Counted from the whole stretch's first letter, positions 35,907-49,482 are shown. The stretch is DNA of 58,830 bases, filler included, from Dugesia japonica (GCA_001938525.1; 5 parts of 5 records of this genome joined end to end with filler, not necessarily neighbours in it), one strand, 5' to 3'. Numbers and translations are program-made. The notes: generated from the letters alone by a model not told the origin.

Positions 35907-36488
35907 ATGTCATCAACAAGTGAAAGTAGTGAAACTGATTATGATGAAAAAAAAGAAAATTTAAGAAATAATAAATCATATTATAATTTATTTAATCAAG
36001 TTAAAAAACTATTTATAACAAAAGAAAAAAAAGATGAAATTTTACATATTAAATTAAATAATGGAAATTTAATATTTAAAAGTAAACCATTAAAAGAAGA
36101 TTTGTTATATTTAAAACAAATAGGAAATGAAAATAAAAAAGAAAGAAAAAATAAAAAAGAAATTAGAAAAAAAATACGTAAGTTAAAAAGAGAGAATAAA
36201 GATATTAAATTTATTACAAAAGTTTTTTATCCTAATTCTGAAGGCTTAAGAAATTATTTTGAAAATGAAAAATGTAATCATAATACTAATAATTTATTTA
36301 AAATAAATATAGGTGAAACATTTTTCATTTGTTGTAAAAATTGTAAACTTAATTTTGAAAATATATTACGTGAAAAATTTCCTAAACTTTATATTAGTCT
36401 TAATGAATATGTTAAAAATAAAGAAATAGAAATGAAGATTTTAAATAATGAAATACTTTGTATATTTGATGAAGAAACATCTGAAGAT

Positions 36489-36521
<33 letters not shown>

Positions 36522-37322
36522 CAAAATAAAGAAATACAAAATAAAATACAAATTAAAATACAAAATAAAGAAATAGAAAATAAAATACAAAATAAAGAAA
36601 TAGAAAATAAAATAGAAAATAATAAAATACAAAATAAAGAAGAAAATAATACATCTGAAGATGAAATATCTGAAATTAAATTAGATTCTATAAAAGAAAC
36701 AACTGATTATGATACATCTCAAGATAAAAATGTTTCAACTGAAGATGAAATATATGCTGATAAAATATTAATTAAATATAAACGTTTAATAAAATATTCT
36801 CGAACAGATGAAAAATTTTATATTAAATTTTATAAATCACTAGTAAATAATATTAGTAAGGAATCATTTAATATTTATGATTCATTAATGATACCAGAAC
36901 AAAAACTTGAAGGTGAAGATGAAACAGTAGAAAATTTAACTATAAATATTAAATGTTGGTATAATAATTTAAATATAGGAAAAAGAATATCATTAATAAG
37001 TATTTATAAATTAGGTTATTTATTTGAAATATTAAAAACTAAATATTCTTGTAATTTTGATATGTTAGAAGATTTACATAAAATTGGAATTAACTATAAA
37101 ATTAATTATATTAACAAAATAATAAAATTTTATAAATTTGCTTATCAATATCCAGAATTATTAAAATGTAATTGGTCATTTAGAACAATTGAACAAGAAA
37201 TAAAAAGAATTAAAATATACTTCATTGAAAATATATATGAACAACTAAAATTAAATCAAACGTTAGAAGAATATAATAATAATAGTATGTACACCATTGG
37301 TAAACCGGGGATCTTACACTAG
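35907..37322 (+). CDS. Accessory Lys/Glu/Asn-rich protein, element B only
   Basis: Intact 471-aa ORF; CNH...CCKNCK, NKEIENKIQ repeats, TSEDEI repeats, helical C-terminal domain. Confidence 0.8.
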
Positions 37323-37361
37323 GGGCATAAAGTTAAAATAGACCAACGGATTAACATAAAG

Positions 37362-38177
37362 TTAAAATAGATCATCTAACATCTCATCAGTTTCTTTATT
37401 TAAATAAAAATAGTTATATTTAGTTTTCCAATGTAAATTAACTTCATAATCATAATCTAACTTGTTATTAAAAATATTAGAAAATAATTCATGATAAACA
37501 TTATCTCTATCAGTTTTATTTAATTTAAAGAAAATGTAACAATTAGAATTATTTCTTATAGAGTTTTTATCGAGATGGTAATATGTTTGTGAAATATAAA
37601 TTACATTACAATTTGAATGTCTTCCCCGGGTGAAATAACTTTTTTGTACTTCTTGATTCTTTTCATTAACTACATCATCAAATATTATTAAATTCTTTTT
37701 NNNNNNNNNNNNNNNNNNNNNNNNNNNNNNNNNNNNNNNNNNNNNNNNNNTAATTAAGTTTTTCTTTTGTTTTGAAAGTTTATCACAAGAAACTATTTCA
37801 TTAGGTTTATTACTTAATGTAACAAAAATACTTATAGATTTTTTAGTTAATAATTTTTTATGTAAGAAATATTTAATAACTTCATTTGGAGATGTTAAAT
37901 GTTTAGGTATAATATTTTGCTTGTCAAACATTAAAGTAATTTCTTCTTTAGATAATCCATTTTCAAAACCTAAGTATAACAATTGAATTTCAAATTGAGA
38001 TATTGTTGTAGAGTAAATTATTAAATTGTCATAATCTAAAAATTCAGGTGTCAATAACATTTTCATTAATAATACATTTTTACCACAACCAGAAGATCCA
38101 ATCATTAATAGTCTAAAATTATTAGGTAATACTTTATTGTTAAAATGTGTAATGTTATTGTTCCAAATGTACGTCAT
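37362..38177 (-). CDS. A32/FtsK-like DNA packaging ATPase
   Basis: GSSGCGKN, LIIFDD, FTRGRH, YISQ. Confidence 0.94.
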   Translation of the reverse strand: MTYIWNNNITHFNNKVLPNNFRLLMIGSSGCGKNVLLMKMLLTPEFLDYDNLIIYSTTISQFEIQLLYLGFENGLSKEEITLMFDKQNIIPKHLTSPNEVIKYFLHKKLLTKKSISIFVTLSNKPNEIVSCDKLSKQKKNLIXXXXXXXXXXXXXXXXXKKNLIIFDDVVNEKNQEVQKSYFTRGRHSNCNVIYISQTYYHLDKNSIRNNSNCYIFFKLNKTDRDNVYHELFSNIFNNKLDYDYEVNLHWKTKYNYFYLNKETDEMLDDLF

Positions 38178-38206
38178 TTTGTCCGTAGGTCAAGCTTTGC
38201 TATTTT

Positions 38207-38392
38207 CTATAAGTTAAATTTTATCATTAAATCATTTATTAATTTTGTTAAAGGATAATCATTATTTAATTGATAACTTATTTCTTCATAATAATTTTCA
38301 ATATGATAAAATACAATTTTAAAATCATTTTCAATATCATGAATAACTAAATCTTTTTGAGTTTTATTAGTAGTATCAAAAAATGCATACAT
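38207..38392 (-). CDS. Small hypothetical protein
   Basis: 61 aa, packed co-directionally between integrase and ATPase. Confidence 0.5.
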   Translation of the reverse strand: MYAFFDTTNKTQKDLVIHDIENDFKIVFYHIENYYEEISYQLNNDYPLTKLINDLMIKFNL

Positions 38393-38645
38393 TGTGATTT
38401 CTTTTTTCCATATCCATTATTTTAGTCTTTCTTTCATATTCATCATCAGTAATAGCAATTATTTCTGATAATTCTTTAATGTAATTATCTACTGTTATTA
38501 AATAATTTATTCTTTTTGTTAACTTATCTAGTTTTTGTTGTACTGTTTTTATTTCTGATAATTCTTTAATGAAATTATCTAATATTTGTTGTACTGTTTT
38601 TATTTCTTTACATAAATCTTTTATTTCCATATCTCTAGTAGTCAT
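38376..38645 (-). CDS. Small coiled-coil protein
   Basis: 89 aa with repeated IKEL.EIKTVQQ.LD units. Confidence 0.6.
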   Translation of the reverse strand: MTTRDMEIKDLCKEIKTVQQILDNFIKELSEIKTVQQKLDKLTKRINYLITVDNYIKELSEIIAITDDEYERKTKIMDMEKRNHNVCIF

Positions 38646-38665
38646 TTCTTATATTTTAATTTTGA

Positions 38666-38781
38666 TCATAAAGATGTTTTTTGTAATTCATTAGAATAAA
38701 ATCTACAAAGTATTTTGTTACCGTTAAGATTTGATATTCTAAATGTTATAGGTGATTCATGAAATATTTCAGTAATTATAT
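38666..38781 (-). CDS. Integrase C-terminus (element B), truncated
   Basis: IITEIFHESPITFRISNLNGNKILCRFYSNELQKTSL*, matching the element A integrase tail. Confidence 0.85.
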
Positions 38782-38825
38782 NNNNNNNNNNNNNNNNNNN
38801 NNNNNNNNNNNNNNNNNNNNNNNNN

Positions 38826-38837
38826 TTAATTAATTAA
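38826..38837. other. Artificial contig linker
   Basis: N-TTAATTAATTAA-N. Confidence 0.95.
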
Positions 38838-38881
38838 NNNNNNNNNNNNNNNNNNNNNNNNNNNNNNNNNNNNNNNNNNNN

Positions 38882-40550
38882 TATCTAGGCTACTAAGAAA
38901 ATTCATCCAAGTCTGAAATTGCGGAGTAATTGGCTTGTTTGTCTTTTTCATAAATTCTATCGCCTTGTGATCTGTTCTCATGAAAAATCTTTTTCCATAC
39001 AAATAATGTTTAAATGGTTACAAAAATAGTAATTAACCAATAATCCTTGACTTGTTATACAATATCCTTTTTCATGAGCTGACATTGCATGTGATCCATA
39101 TGCAATGACCTTTTCATCTATTTGCGATAAACTTGCTTCGATGGCATCAAAACTCGCATCTGTATCTAGTACAAACATCTTTTTGATATCTGGAAAACTC
39201 AATATTGGTGATTCTGATAATGCCTCTTTCATCTCATTAAAAGCTTTGTCACAGCTTTCAGACCACAAGTTTTGTATTATTACTTCCACATATATCTTCC
39301 AAACTTCTAACTTTCTTTGAGTAATCATTGATAAACCGTCTATAGTAATTGAATATTCCCAAAAAGCTTCTTAAGTTCTTCACACATTTAGGTCTTCCGA
39401 ATTTTTTATCGCTTCAATTTTTGTTGGATCAGTTTGAAATCCATTCTTGTCTATGACAAGTCAAATGACATAGCAAATTTGACTTCAGCTCCCAATAAAT
39501 GACATTCTTTTGGATTAATTCTCAATCTTGATTCTTCAATTATTTGAAATACTTGGTAAAAAAGTCTATAGTATTGCTCTAAATTTTCTGAAAATATCAA
39601 TATATCATCCATGTATACCATCGTTCCACTCAATCTTCCTAAAAATTTTGTCATTTATTCTTAAAACGTTCCAGGTGCTGCAGCTATATGCAAAGGCATT
39701 CTTGTGAAACAATACATTCCATTTTTCGTCGAAACTGCTGTTGATAATTTCATGTTACTAGAAGAAAAATGTTTTCGAAAAATTTTATTTTTGAAAAATA
39801 ATTCATATCGAATTTTGCATCGATTGATATAAATTTCTCGATAAAAAATTTATTGTAAACTTTTTCTTTTACATCATTGTACTCATCTGCTCGTTTAACT
39901 TTGTTTCTTTTATTTATATGATTATTTATACTACTTCTACTATAACTAACAATACTGAGATTTTTTAATGATACTTTATTCAACGCTCTGACAATCTCGA
40001 CTTCGGTTGGAGCTTGGCCCTTTGGGTATTCATCTTGATAAATATTTGATCCTTCATTACAATAGTGGCTTTTGTTTTCTCTACATGCACTCTTTTTTAT
40101 CATTTTCGTCAATTGAATTAACGTGACTTCCATTCCTTCTTAGTAATTATTCGTATTATTTGAATAATATCTTTGTTTGCCATTTCTGAATACCTTTCTG
40201 GTCTGTTCACTTTTATTCTGATAACTAAACTGTCTGTTCATAGTTATGTAACAATCCTTTGTGTGGTGTAATTTCTTGTTGCACCTTGAACAACTAACTT
40301 TGGTGCAGTCTTTTCTTAAGTGTTGTTCAGATCCACAAGCATAGTACTTTTTTTCATTCTTGGCAATTTCTGCTTACATGACCTATTTTGTTACAGGTCC
40401 AACACGTGATTTCTCGTCTTTTCTTGTTTCTGTTCTGTTGTATTTCTTCGTTATGATTTGTGTTAAAATTTCTTTGTTCTGGTGTGAGAAATCTTTTTTT
40501 GGAACTCATAAAGCATGACATATCGTAAGTGTTGTCTTCTGGTAGCCATT
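38882..40550 (-). mobile_element. Degenerate Ty3/Gypsy retrotransposon (gag knuckles, RT, RNase H)
   Basis: Decayed zinc knuckles at ~40300-40405, FTRMP, VYMDDILIFS, PILSFPD...VLDTDAS...VIAYGS; many stops. Confidence 0.9.
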
Positions 40551-41204
40551 TTTTTACTACAATAAATAATAATTTTAATAAGGTTTTTGGTTAATGAACA
40601 ATCTCTTACATAAATCGTATATAATCAATTTCTAATTGACCATATTTAAAATATTTAACTTTGAATTTAACTATATTGAAATCGGCAAAGATTTTTGAGT
40701 TTTCCTAATGTGTTATCTTGACATTTAATTATTTAGAAATGAATCGGAACACATTTCTGCAAATAATCCTGAGTAATCTTGAAATTATTTATTAATAATA
40801 TTTTTATTGAAAATATTAAGAACTATAGAGGTGCCATTATCTGAAACTGTATTGTCGGGGTAAACATGAAATTTTTTGTGTTTATTTGTATATTAAATTT
40901 TAAGATTATTTTATTATCGGGATTCATCAAGTGGCAGTAGAAATGAAAGTGATGAAACACATGCCTTAATTGAGAAAATATAAATACATTTTATTCTTTT
41001 AATAATTATTTATATTAAGAAAATTATTCTTCAGAAGTCAGTATATCTGTGTAAGTACAATTTTTTAAAATTATAATAATACTTTTTACAATTTTTAAAC
41101 TAGATTTTTCACATCATTTTAAACGAGGTTATTTATTATATAAGCACATAATAAGGTCTAGGATTACTATGACCCTAAAAACTTTTTAAGTAATTTTATA
41201 CTTA

Positions 41205-41783
41205 CTCCATCACATAAAAAAGTGGATTTAATGAATTTAATTCCCATTTAGATAAATTGTTTTATTTCTAATTGATATTTGTTTTAATTAACTATTTTTA
41301 AATTCTTTTTGAAAACTTTTGAAGTTAAAATGGTAAATCTTTCGGACCAAAAATTATTGCTTCTATTACATTATGAAAGATTGTGGGTCAAAATGGGAAT
41401 TGTGGAACCGAATATGGTTATGTCAAGCTTTCAAATTAAATGAAAATAAATTTTAGAAAATTGTGGTGCATGTTTTTTGAACGTAACACATTTGATAGCA
41501 ATCAGAGTTACGTAAGACCTTATTTTGAAAAAGTTTTGTGTAACGACTTGGATGTATTGTGGACAAATTTAGAAGCCGAATTTTGGTATCCTAATGAAGA
41601 AATAATAACTTTTCTCTTCGAGACAAAAAACTCGATTCGTTAACTATATTATTGCTTTAAGAGGAGCGGTTGTCAATATTACTCATAAATGATTAATATT
41701 AACATTTTATCTCGTATATATTTGAAAATTACAAATTTTCTTGGTTTTTAATTTTTTAAAAATCAAATTTTTATGTGATGGAG
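41205..41783. mobile_element. Tc1/mariner-type MITE
   Basis: 19-bp perfect inverted repeat ttactccatcacataaaaa (41202-41220 / 41768-41786) including flanking TA. Confidence 0.75.
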
Positions 41784-44700
41784 TAAAATTCTATTGATAA
41801 TTGACATTTTTAATCATCACATTTAAATAATTTTTGTTAATCTTTGTTATCAAAATTTCTTTCTTTCTTGTCGTTCAATTGTTTAGTTATCTGTTTCAGT
41901 AATTCTTACATATTTTTTTTAATATCAGTTGGTCCTAAAATTCTTTGTTTGATTAAATTACGGTTGAGCACCATTTGTTTTAATATTTTAATTTAAGGTT
42001 AAATATCATTTATAATTTATTTAACCTCAAATTTTAATAATATCTAATTGAATAAATTGTAGTTTCCAGTTAATTCAAAATAAATGATAAAGCTGGAAAT
42101 CTTAATTTCAGCGATTTCCGATACAAATATTTTAGTTAAAATAAAATAAAATAATCAAATAAATTTAATAGTTTATTACAATATTAAAAGACCCGAGTAT
42201 TTATGAAAATATGTCCCTAAAGAATTCTTCACAATTGCTAATAATCAATAGTCTTGAACTTATGTCTAGCAGCTCAAATAAAGATTGTTCATTTTAATAT
42301 TTTTCTTCTATTTGTTTAACGTTGTTTTCTATGGGGTTTAGAGATGGTGAATATGGAAGTTAATGATGATTTAGTATTTTGCACAAATCTCTGTATTTCT
42401 TTGCATTTATGGAATTTCACATTGCCCATTTTAAAAGCAGTTTCATGAATGTTAGACCTCTGAGAAAAAAATTCTGTTGTCATTTTTACAATATTTTTGT
42501 GTGGAGTTTCGCAAATCCACAAATATGACACTACTAAAAATTCATTTGCCGATTGTCAAGGGCCATATTTCGGAAAATGATAGTTTCCTTCTGGTACATT
42601 TTCATGTAACATATATAATATAGATTTTGTATGATTTTATTTTAATATTTATTGCAACTACTTGGCCGTATTCACAAATTGTGTTATGTAGTTATCGATT
42701 TTTCAATAATGTAGTATATAGCATTTTCTTCGGCTGAAAAATATTCATCATATCTAATAATTTTGAAATTGATAAACTCATATTTCTAAAATTAAATATT
42801 ATGTCATTTATAATAATTTCTTTAGGCATCATATTGTTTTATTGTTATAAAATCAATCAATACATTATTTATGCCTTATTACAAATATTTTTTCAAATAC
42901 AGTCGAACCTCAATAACTTTAAACCCAAAATTAACAATAAAACAGCACATAAGTCCTTGGTGACCGTATGTACTCATCCAGTACGTGCAATTGTCTGCTC
43001 GTTGGAATGAAACTGATGATTCACAAGCTTAATTCTTTATATTTTCAAATGGTAAAGGCATGCAGTGATCGTAGCCATGTTGAACCAAGATTCTTACGTT
43101 TCTCTTACAATTGTTCATATATTTCATAGCTACTTTCATAGTAATTTTTGAATCATATGGACCTTTTACTTCGATGGCAATATGTCTTCATTAATGGATT
43201 TATTATTTGAATGTCCGGATACAGATGATGGTCAAACAAGGCCAAGATTTCTTCTCTTATTATCGTCATATCTTTTTCTATCTTCATTTAATCCCCATAT
43301 AATATATCCAAAATCTTGTCAGGTCTTTAAATAACTAATTTTATAATCTTAGAACAGCAGCACAGATCATCTGATGTTATTAATATTTCTATTTCTTCCC
43401 CGAAGTACAAAATTTCTGATCCTTTCTGAAACATTTCACTATTGTCGGCAAATCACTTGTTTTCAACTTCTTTATAAAACGACTATTATACGTTATGTTG
43501 TTCTCAAGATTGTCAACAACTTTATTAAATTTTGATTTGGTTAATCCTGAATAGCATGGTTGTATTACAGGGAGGCTTTGTAAACTGTTACAATAAAACT
43601 GTTATGCATAATTTTTTTGTTGTGCATTTTATCTAAAATAAAATTGATTTTCGCAATTATTTAAATTATTATATTTTATTTGGATAAATTTCAATGTTAT
43701 TGATTAAAAATATTATTTATTTTTTTTAATTAATAGAAAGGAGTGCGAAAACTGACGTTTCATTTATGATTTTATGCATCTTGTAATTTTAAATAAAATC
43801 AGTTTTTTGTCATTTTATTTAAAACTAAGATTTTTTTAAAAATTATTTAAATAGTTTAATTTTGATAAATATTATTATTAAAAATATTATTAATTTGTTT
43901 TAAATAATATAAAGAATGAAAAAGTTAAATTATTTCTACAACTGTTTGTTATTCATCATGATACTTGTACGTTTTTAAAATCCTTCTGAATTATATTAAA
44001 TGTTGTAAATGTATTTTATTAATAAATCAGGAGTTGGGATTGTTATATTTATGGCTAACGAGCGTAAATAAAATATCTAATAAAAAATGAAAAGCGTTAA
44101 AAAGTTTATTTTGTATATAACTCTTTATTTTAGTGAAATCAAATAAAGAGTACTCAAAAATAAAATAAAGTAAATAAAATATAATATAATACAAATGCAC
44201 ACACAGGTAATAGATCACTACATAAAATTTTTCAATCAATGGGATTAGTCAATGGGATTACATATATTAAAAATAAGTTTTATTTTCATTGAACTACTGT
44301 GTATTCGAGTCGGCTTGCATTTTTAAGGTTCCTTTTTGCTTCAGGATTTCTGCACGTCAGACATCACAGAGTTAATAAATTTATTCATTAGTAGATAGAC
44401 CGGATAGGATAAGACTGAATGGTATAAATGTCAACGACATACAAATATTTAAAATTATATACGTTTTAATGAAATTATTGTATACCTTATTGATTTTTCT
44501 ACATATGTATTGTTTTATATGTCTTAAGGAAAATTTGTACATATATTATTACAATTTAAACCTAGCTTATCACAATCCGTACATGGTTTAATGTAATTTA
44601 CAACTAGTCTATAAATTTCTAAATTTTTATATGAATGATTAAACTTGATGTATGTTACATTGATAATTGTATGATTTAAGGAGATTGTTATGTAAATTAA

Positions 44701-45029
44701 TGAGATTTGTACATGTTTAATGAAATGTATATATGTGATAATGAAATTAGACTATGTTTTCATATAAATTTATTTTTAAATGGATGAAGTTATTGTAATT
44801 GTCTTGTTGAATTAAGTAAATGACTTAATAAATAACTACGTAAATTGATTTTATTAGATAAACCGTATCATTATTTGCAGAACGAAATTGATTATGATGG
44901 TAGACTATAAAATCATGTTTATTCCCGGTAATCATTATGTATAATTATCAATAAATTGCTATTTACTTTATTGAAATTGTATATATTTATATGATTATAT
45001 TGAATATAGATTTTTATTCTGATTCGAAT

Positions 45030-45329
45030 CAGTGGTGTAACTAGATTTCTTAGGCTCATTAAGAAATTTTAACTATGGGGCGCCTACTAACATTTTTTTA
45101 TTTATTCAGAAACCAATAGATGTCATTACGTAGATGATGGTTTAATAATGTTGTTTTGTAGTTACAATTTAATTTTAAATAAATAAATGTATTTGATATT
45201 TTAATATTTATAAACAAAAAATAGTTAATTAATTATATTATTTTTTATATATAAATAATAAATAAATGTTTAATGGGGACCCCTAAAGCTGGAACCCAAA
45301 AGCGTTGCTTCCCTGTAGCTACGCCACTG
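45030..45329. mobile_element. hAT-type MITE, 300 bp
   Basis: TIRs CAGTGGYGTARCTA and a perfect 8-bp target duplication attcgaat (45022-45029, 45330-45337). Confidence 0.9.
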
Positions 45330-47323
45330 ATTCGAATGGTATCAAAATATTTGAAAAATTATTATTTATAATAATAATTTATAATATAATTATATATTAA
45401 TTCCTGAACTAAAAATTTTTCGATGAGTCTAGTAATACCAAATTTATCACCATACGATCATTATTGACTGAGAAAACTATAAAACAAAGTTCAAGTGTTC
45501 CTGTGCTGACCTACACCTTCCAATGAGAACCAAGCATTATTCGATTACTACAAATTTTAATTCTGAGTCAAACGATACCAAATTTGAAACCACATGCCCA
45601 TTTTGACAGAAACATTTCAAACTAAATTTTGAAATTCTCGAGGAAATATTCGACCAATGACTTTCGAAATTGAAAACCTTTACTAACCAAAATGTCGACC
45701 AATCAAAATCCTAAAACACTAAAATCGCAAAAGTTTTCTCGAACACTGCTAACGTATATATCTCTGAATTACACCATAAAATAATAAAAAATCTATTTTG
45801 TTGACAACTGTTTATTTTACTGAAATCACATAATGGTTACCAAAGTATATAAATGGCAAGAGACAGCTAAACAAAATCTCAAAAAAGAGCAAAATTTGAT
45901 GACAAATTAATACAAATAAAGTGCATTTAATCAAATTAATATTAAAAATAAATCGAAACAGTATTTCCAAGATAAATTATAAAAATATAAACATCACAAA
46001 ACATAAGCATCACTAAAAAATTTTTTTTGATCGAAGCTTTTATTTTAAATGAATCACAATTTAACAAAATTAGTGTAGACTATTAAACGCAAAATTCATT
46101 AATGACTGGTGTAAACTTGTGAATCTAAATTATAATAAAACTGAAAAATTATATAACAAAACATTAATCAATCATTTTTTGTCCTGTTTTGCCCCATTTA
46201 CACTATTTAAGTCTATTTGCCCTGATTTTCTCATATTTTACCGGATTTACCCATCGTTTGCTCAATTTCTAAATATTTTGCCAAATTTTCCTATTTTTCT
46301 TTATATTTATGTATTATGTTTCAAATAATAATAATGATTCATGGTTTACTTTATTGGATAAAGGATTAATTCTATTAGAATTTGAGTTCAATATAGGTTT
46401 CAACATGAAATTAATAAGTTTATTTTGTGAAATATAGGCATTCCATTCTATAAAATTGTTCACTATTTGATTGCCTCACATCTGAGCCCTATTTCTTTGC
46501 TTGCTCTTTGGTTTTCATGGGTTTATGTTTATTTAAATACCGTATTATCAGTGACAGTTTCATTAAAATCAAACTTTAGACTATAACGTAAACATTATTA
46601 TATGGTTTTGATATGAAAAATATGAGTTTCATCATAGAAAATATAAATTTTACCATTAGAAAATTTGAGTTTGGACATAGAAAATATCTAATAGAGTAAA
46701 TCTAGTCACTAATTATACTGCATTTATTCTATACATAGTCATTTAAAATGCTTAATTTGTCTACTTTTATCAATTTTGACTTTTTTTCCCCAACCATTTC
46801 CTATACTTAAGTAATTTTCGAACATTTATCCTATATTTTCTTGATTTACCCCTATTTAGCTATATTTACCTTTCTTTTTATATTTCCCCTTATTTTCCAC
46901 AATTTTCCATTATTTTCTACTATTTAGCTATAGTTAACGATATTTTCAGTTTTTCCCATTTGGTTTAAATGTATATTTTCATAGACCTCACTTCAATAAT
47001 CATTAATAAGTGTCATATATTAATAAAAGAAGACAAAAAAACTGAGTGAGACCTAGTATGATATGCTTTTTATTTAAAATAATATAACTATTTCAGTATA
47101 TATTAGTAGGGGGATAGTGGCGCACGTGGACACTTTTTGTTTTGCAGTTACCGAGGGAGGACCCCCCCGGGGGTCTCAGAATCACATTACTCTTGAGCTA
47201 CGTTTTTTTAACCATGATTTTTGTGTTGGTTTTTTTCCCTAAGATTTTTGGGATCAAAATATTTTTGATCGGATAAATTNNNNNNNNNNNNNNNNNNNNN
47301 NNNNNNNNNNNNNNNNNNNNNNN

Positions 47324-47335
47324 TTAATTAATTAA
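47324..47335. other. Artificial contig linker
   Basis: N-TTAATTAATTAA-N. Confidence 0.95.
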
Positions 47336-49390
47336 NNNNNNNNNNNNNNNNNNNNNNNNNNNNNNNNNNNNNNNNNNNNTAAATTATTATACCCCTACTC
47401 TTAATGTTTAAAAATAAGAATATAAAAACATCATGTTACTAATTATATTCCAATATATAATCTTTGATTTATGACATAACACGTAAAATGATAACGCATC
47501 TTCTATACATTCATTACCAAACTTGTCGAAATAATCCGTTAGAAAAATAAAATAAAAATAAAAATTATTGAGTGGCAAAGTAATTTTTTTATAACATAAT
47601 ATTTTATAATATTTTTTAAATAAAAAGTAAAAAACATGAAATGGTGGTAAATTTAATATTTAATTTAAAATGAAATGATTTTTATAATTAATATTATTTA
47701 TTTATTCTCAAAAAATAAATATTTAATGAAATAATTAAAAAAGACTTTTGTTCAAATAGTTTCATGTCATAATTATTGATGCCAAATCAATACATTTGTA
47801 TAATGTCAATAATAAATTAGTGTAATTTTTCTTTTTCTGTATTTATTAACGTTTAAAAGTAATTTATTTTATTTAATAATAATACTATTATCGAAATTTT
47901 CAGAAGAAACAACTTGTTTATCAATATAAAATTAGTTAATCAGTAGTATTTATTAAAATAAAAATGAATATCAGTCAGTATTGATTGCTAATCAAAATCA
48001 GGTTAAAGTTTGAAAAATTAAAATGGTAATCGCTTTAGATCAGATAAATAAAATATAAAATTAATGAACATAAATCAAATTTTGCAAATTACTATTATTA
48101 TTAGAATAATTATTTTTCGTGTTTATGAAGTTTAAATAAATTAAAAATCTTAGATACAAAAATAGAATTTCTTGGATATCCAATTTTTTGACAATAATCT
48201 TCTTCAGTGATTTTCTACTTCACTTTTAAAAGAGATAAATTAAATTAACAGTATCGAATATTTTAAGAATTTATTTTCACTGTAAATAATATGAAAATTA
48301 ATCAAAATGTCTTTCAGTAATTTACAAGACTTTTATTTCTTCTAAAAATGACCAAATTATATTTCAGATAAATCATAAATTGTATAAATAAATACAGAAT
48401 TCCATTGCAAAAGATATGTATTTAGTGTAACACGTTATCAACAGATAAACTATTATCTTCAAACGACATATTAAAACTCTAAGTAATGTACTTTATACCA
48501 CATACCAGTATGTATATATATACGTCGTTAAGAAGTATGGGATGACGCAAAATCGTGTTGATAATTTTTTTTAATTCCAAATAATTATTTTGCCCTTAAT
48601 TAAAGAAACTATAAAATTTTTATGGCCAGAAAAACAGACAAGCCATTTTTACATCATCCTTTACGCTATTCATGACATATTGCCTCGCAAAATCATCTAG
48701 TCTTATCATCTTACACACAGTTCACCACATCTACTCAACACTCCTTTCAGCCATCATCTCAGCATATCGTTTCAGCCCATCGTCTTACCACATCGTCGGT
48801 GCATATCATCTCAGCACACTGCTCTTCACCTTGACCCACTAAAGATGACTGAATACTTAGCTGACTTTTCAGCATGTGTATATTGAATTGGTTGATTTGA
48901 AAGAATGACTGGATTTATGCAGTGGAGGACAACTTGCACTGATATATAATAGGAATCAGATTTGAGTAGTTTATTTGTATATTTAAGACAGTTTTATCAC
49001 AATATAATAAACTCATGTTATGTTAAGAGATGTGTTTATATAATTCTGTTCGTTTTAATTTTTGACGTAAAATCGAACGGAATTTTCATATTTTATTTAA
49101 ATTAAAAATNNNNNTGACGTAAAATCGAAATTTACTTCTATATATAATTTTTTACGTCTGTTTGTATGTGGATTTGTCTACAACGCTCGAGTTATAAAGA
49201 GTAATAGAAATAATTTTAAAAAGTTTAATAGAAAAATAAAAGTTATTTCAATAATAATAATATAAAAGCTTCTATCAAAATCTTTTTGGATTTTGATAAT
49301 AATTCTAATTTTCGACTTTGTCTTCAAAGGAAAAAGTCAATTCCTGACGAAAACAAAGTCGAAAATGAGAATTATTACCGAAAACCAAAA

Positions 49391-49482
49391 AATTTGATCG
49401 AAGCTTTTATTTTAATGAATTCTGAAAAAACAATCAATGGTTACGTCCAACAATTATTCACGCAATAATTGTAATTGTAAAA
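49391..49482 (+). repeat. Diverged arm of the foldback repeat family
   Basis: tttgatcgaagc...ttttaatgaa...atcaatggttacgtccaacaattatt...caataattgtaattgtaaa. Confidence 0.75.

Larger units (their letters stand above)
28072..38781. mobile_element. Polinton/Maverick element B, largely intact, both ends truncated
   Basis: The whole contig is element sequence with the same gene set as A. Confidence 0.95.

Noticed and set aside
35907-37322. 471-aa ORF as the major capsid protein
   Set aside because: Size fits, but it is low-complexity, charged and helical rather than jelly-roll-like, and has no counterpart in the visible part of A.
37701-37750. Insertion in ATPase B (and in protease A at 23851-23877)
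   Set aside because: N gaps flanked by overlapping sequence (KKNLI twice); the homologue shows no extra residues.
10149-47335. Recurring TTAATTAATTAA palindrome as a biological site
   Set aside because: Always embedded in equal N runs; it is a six-frame-stop assembly spacer.
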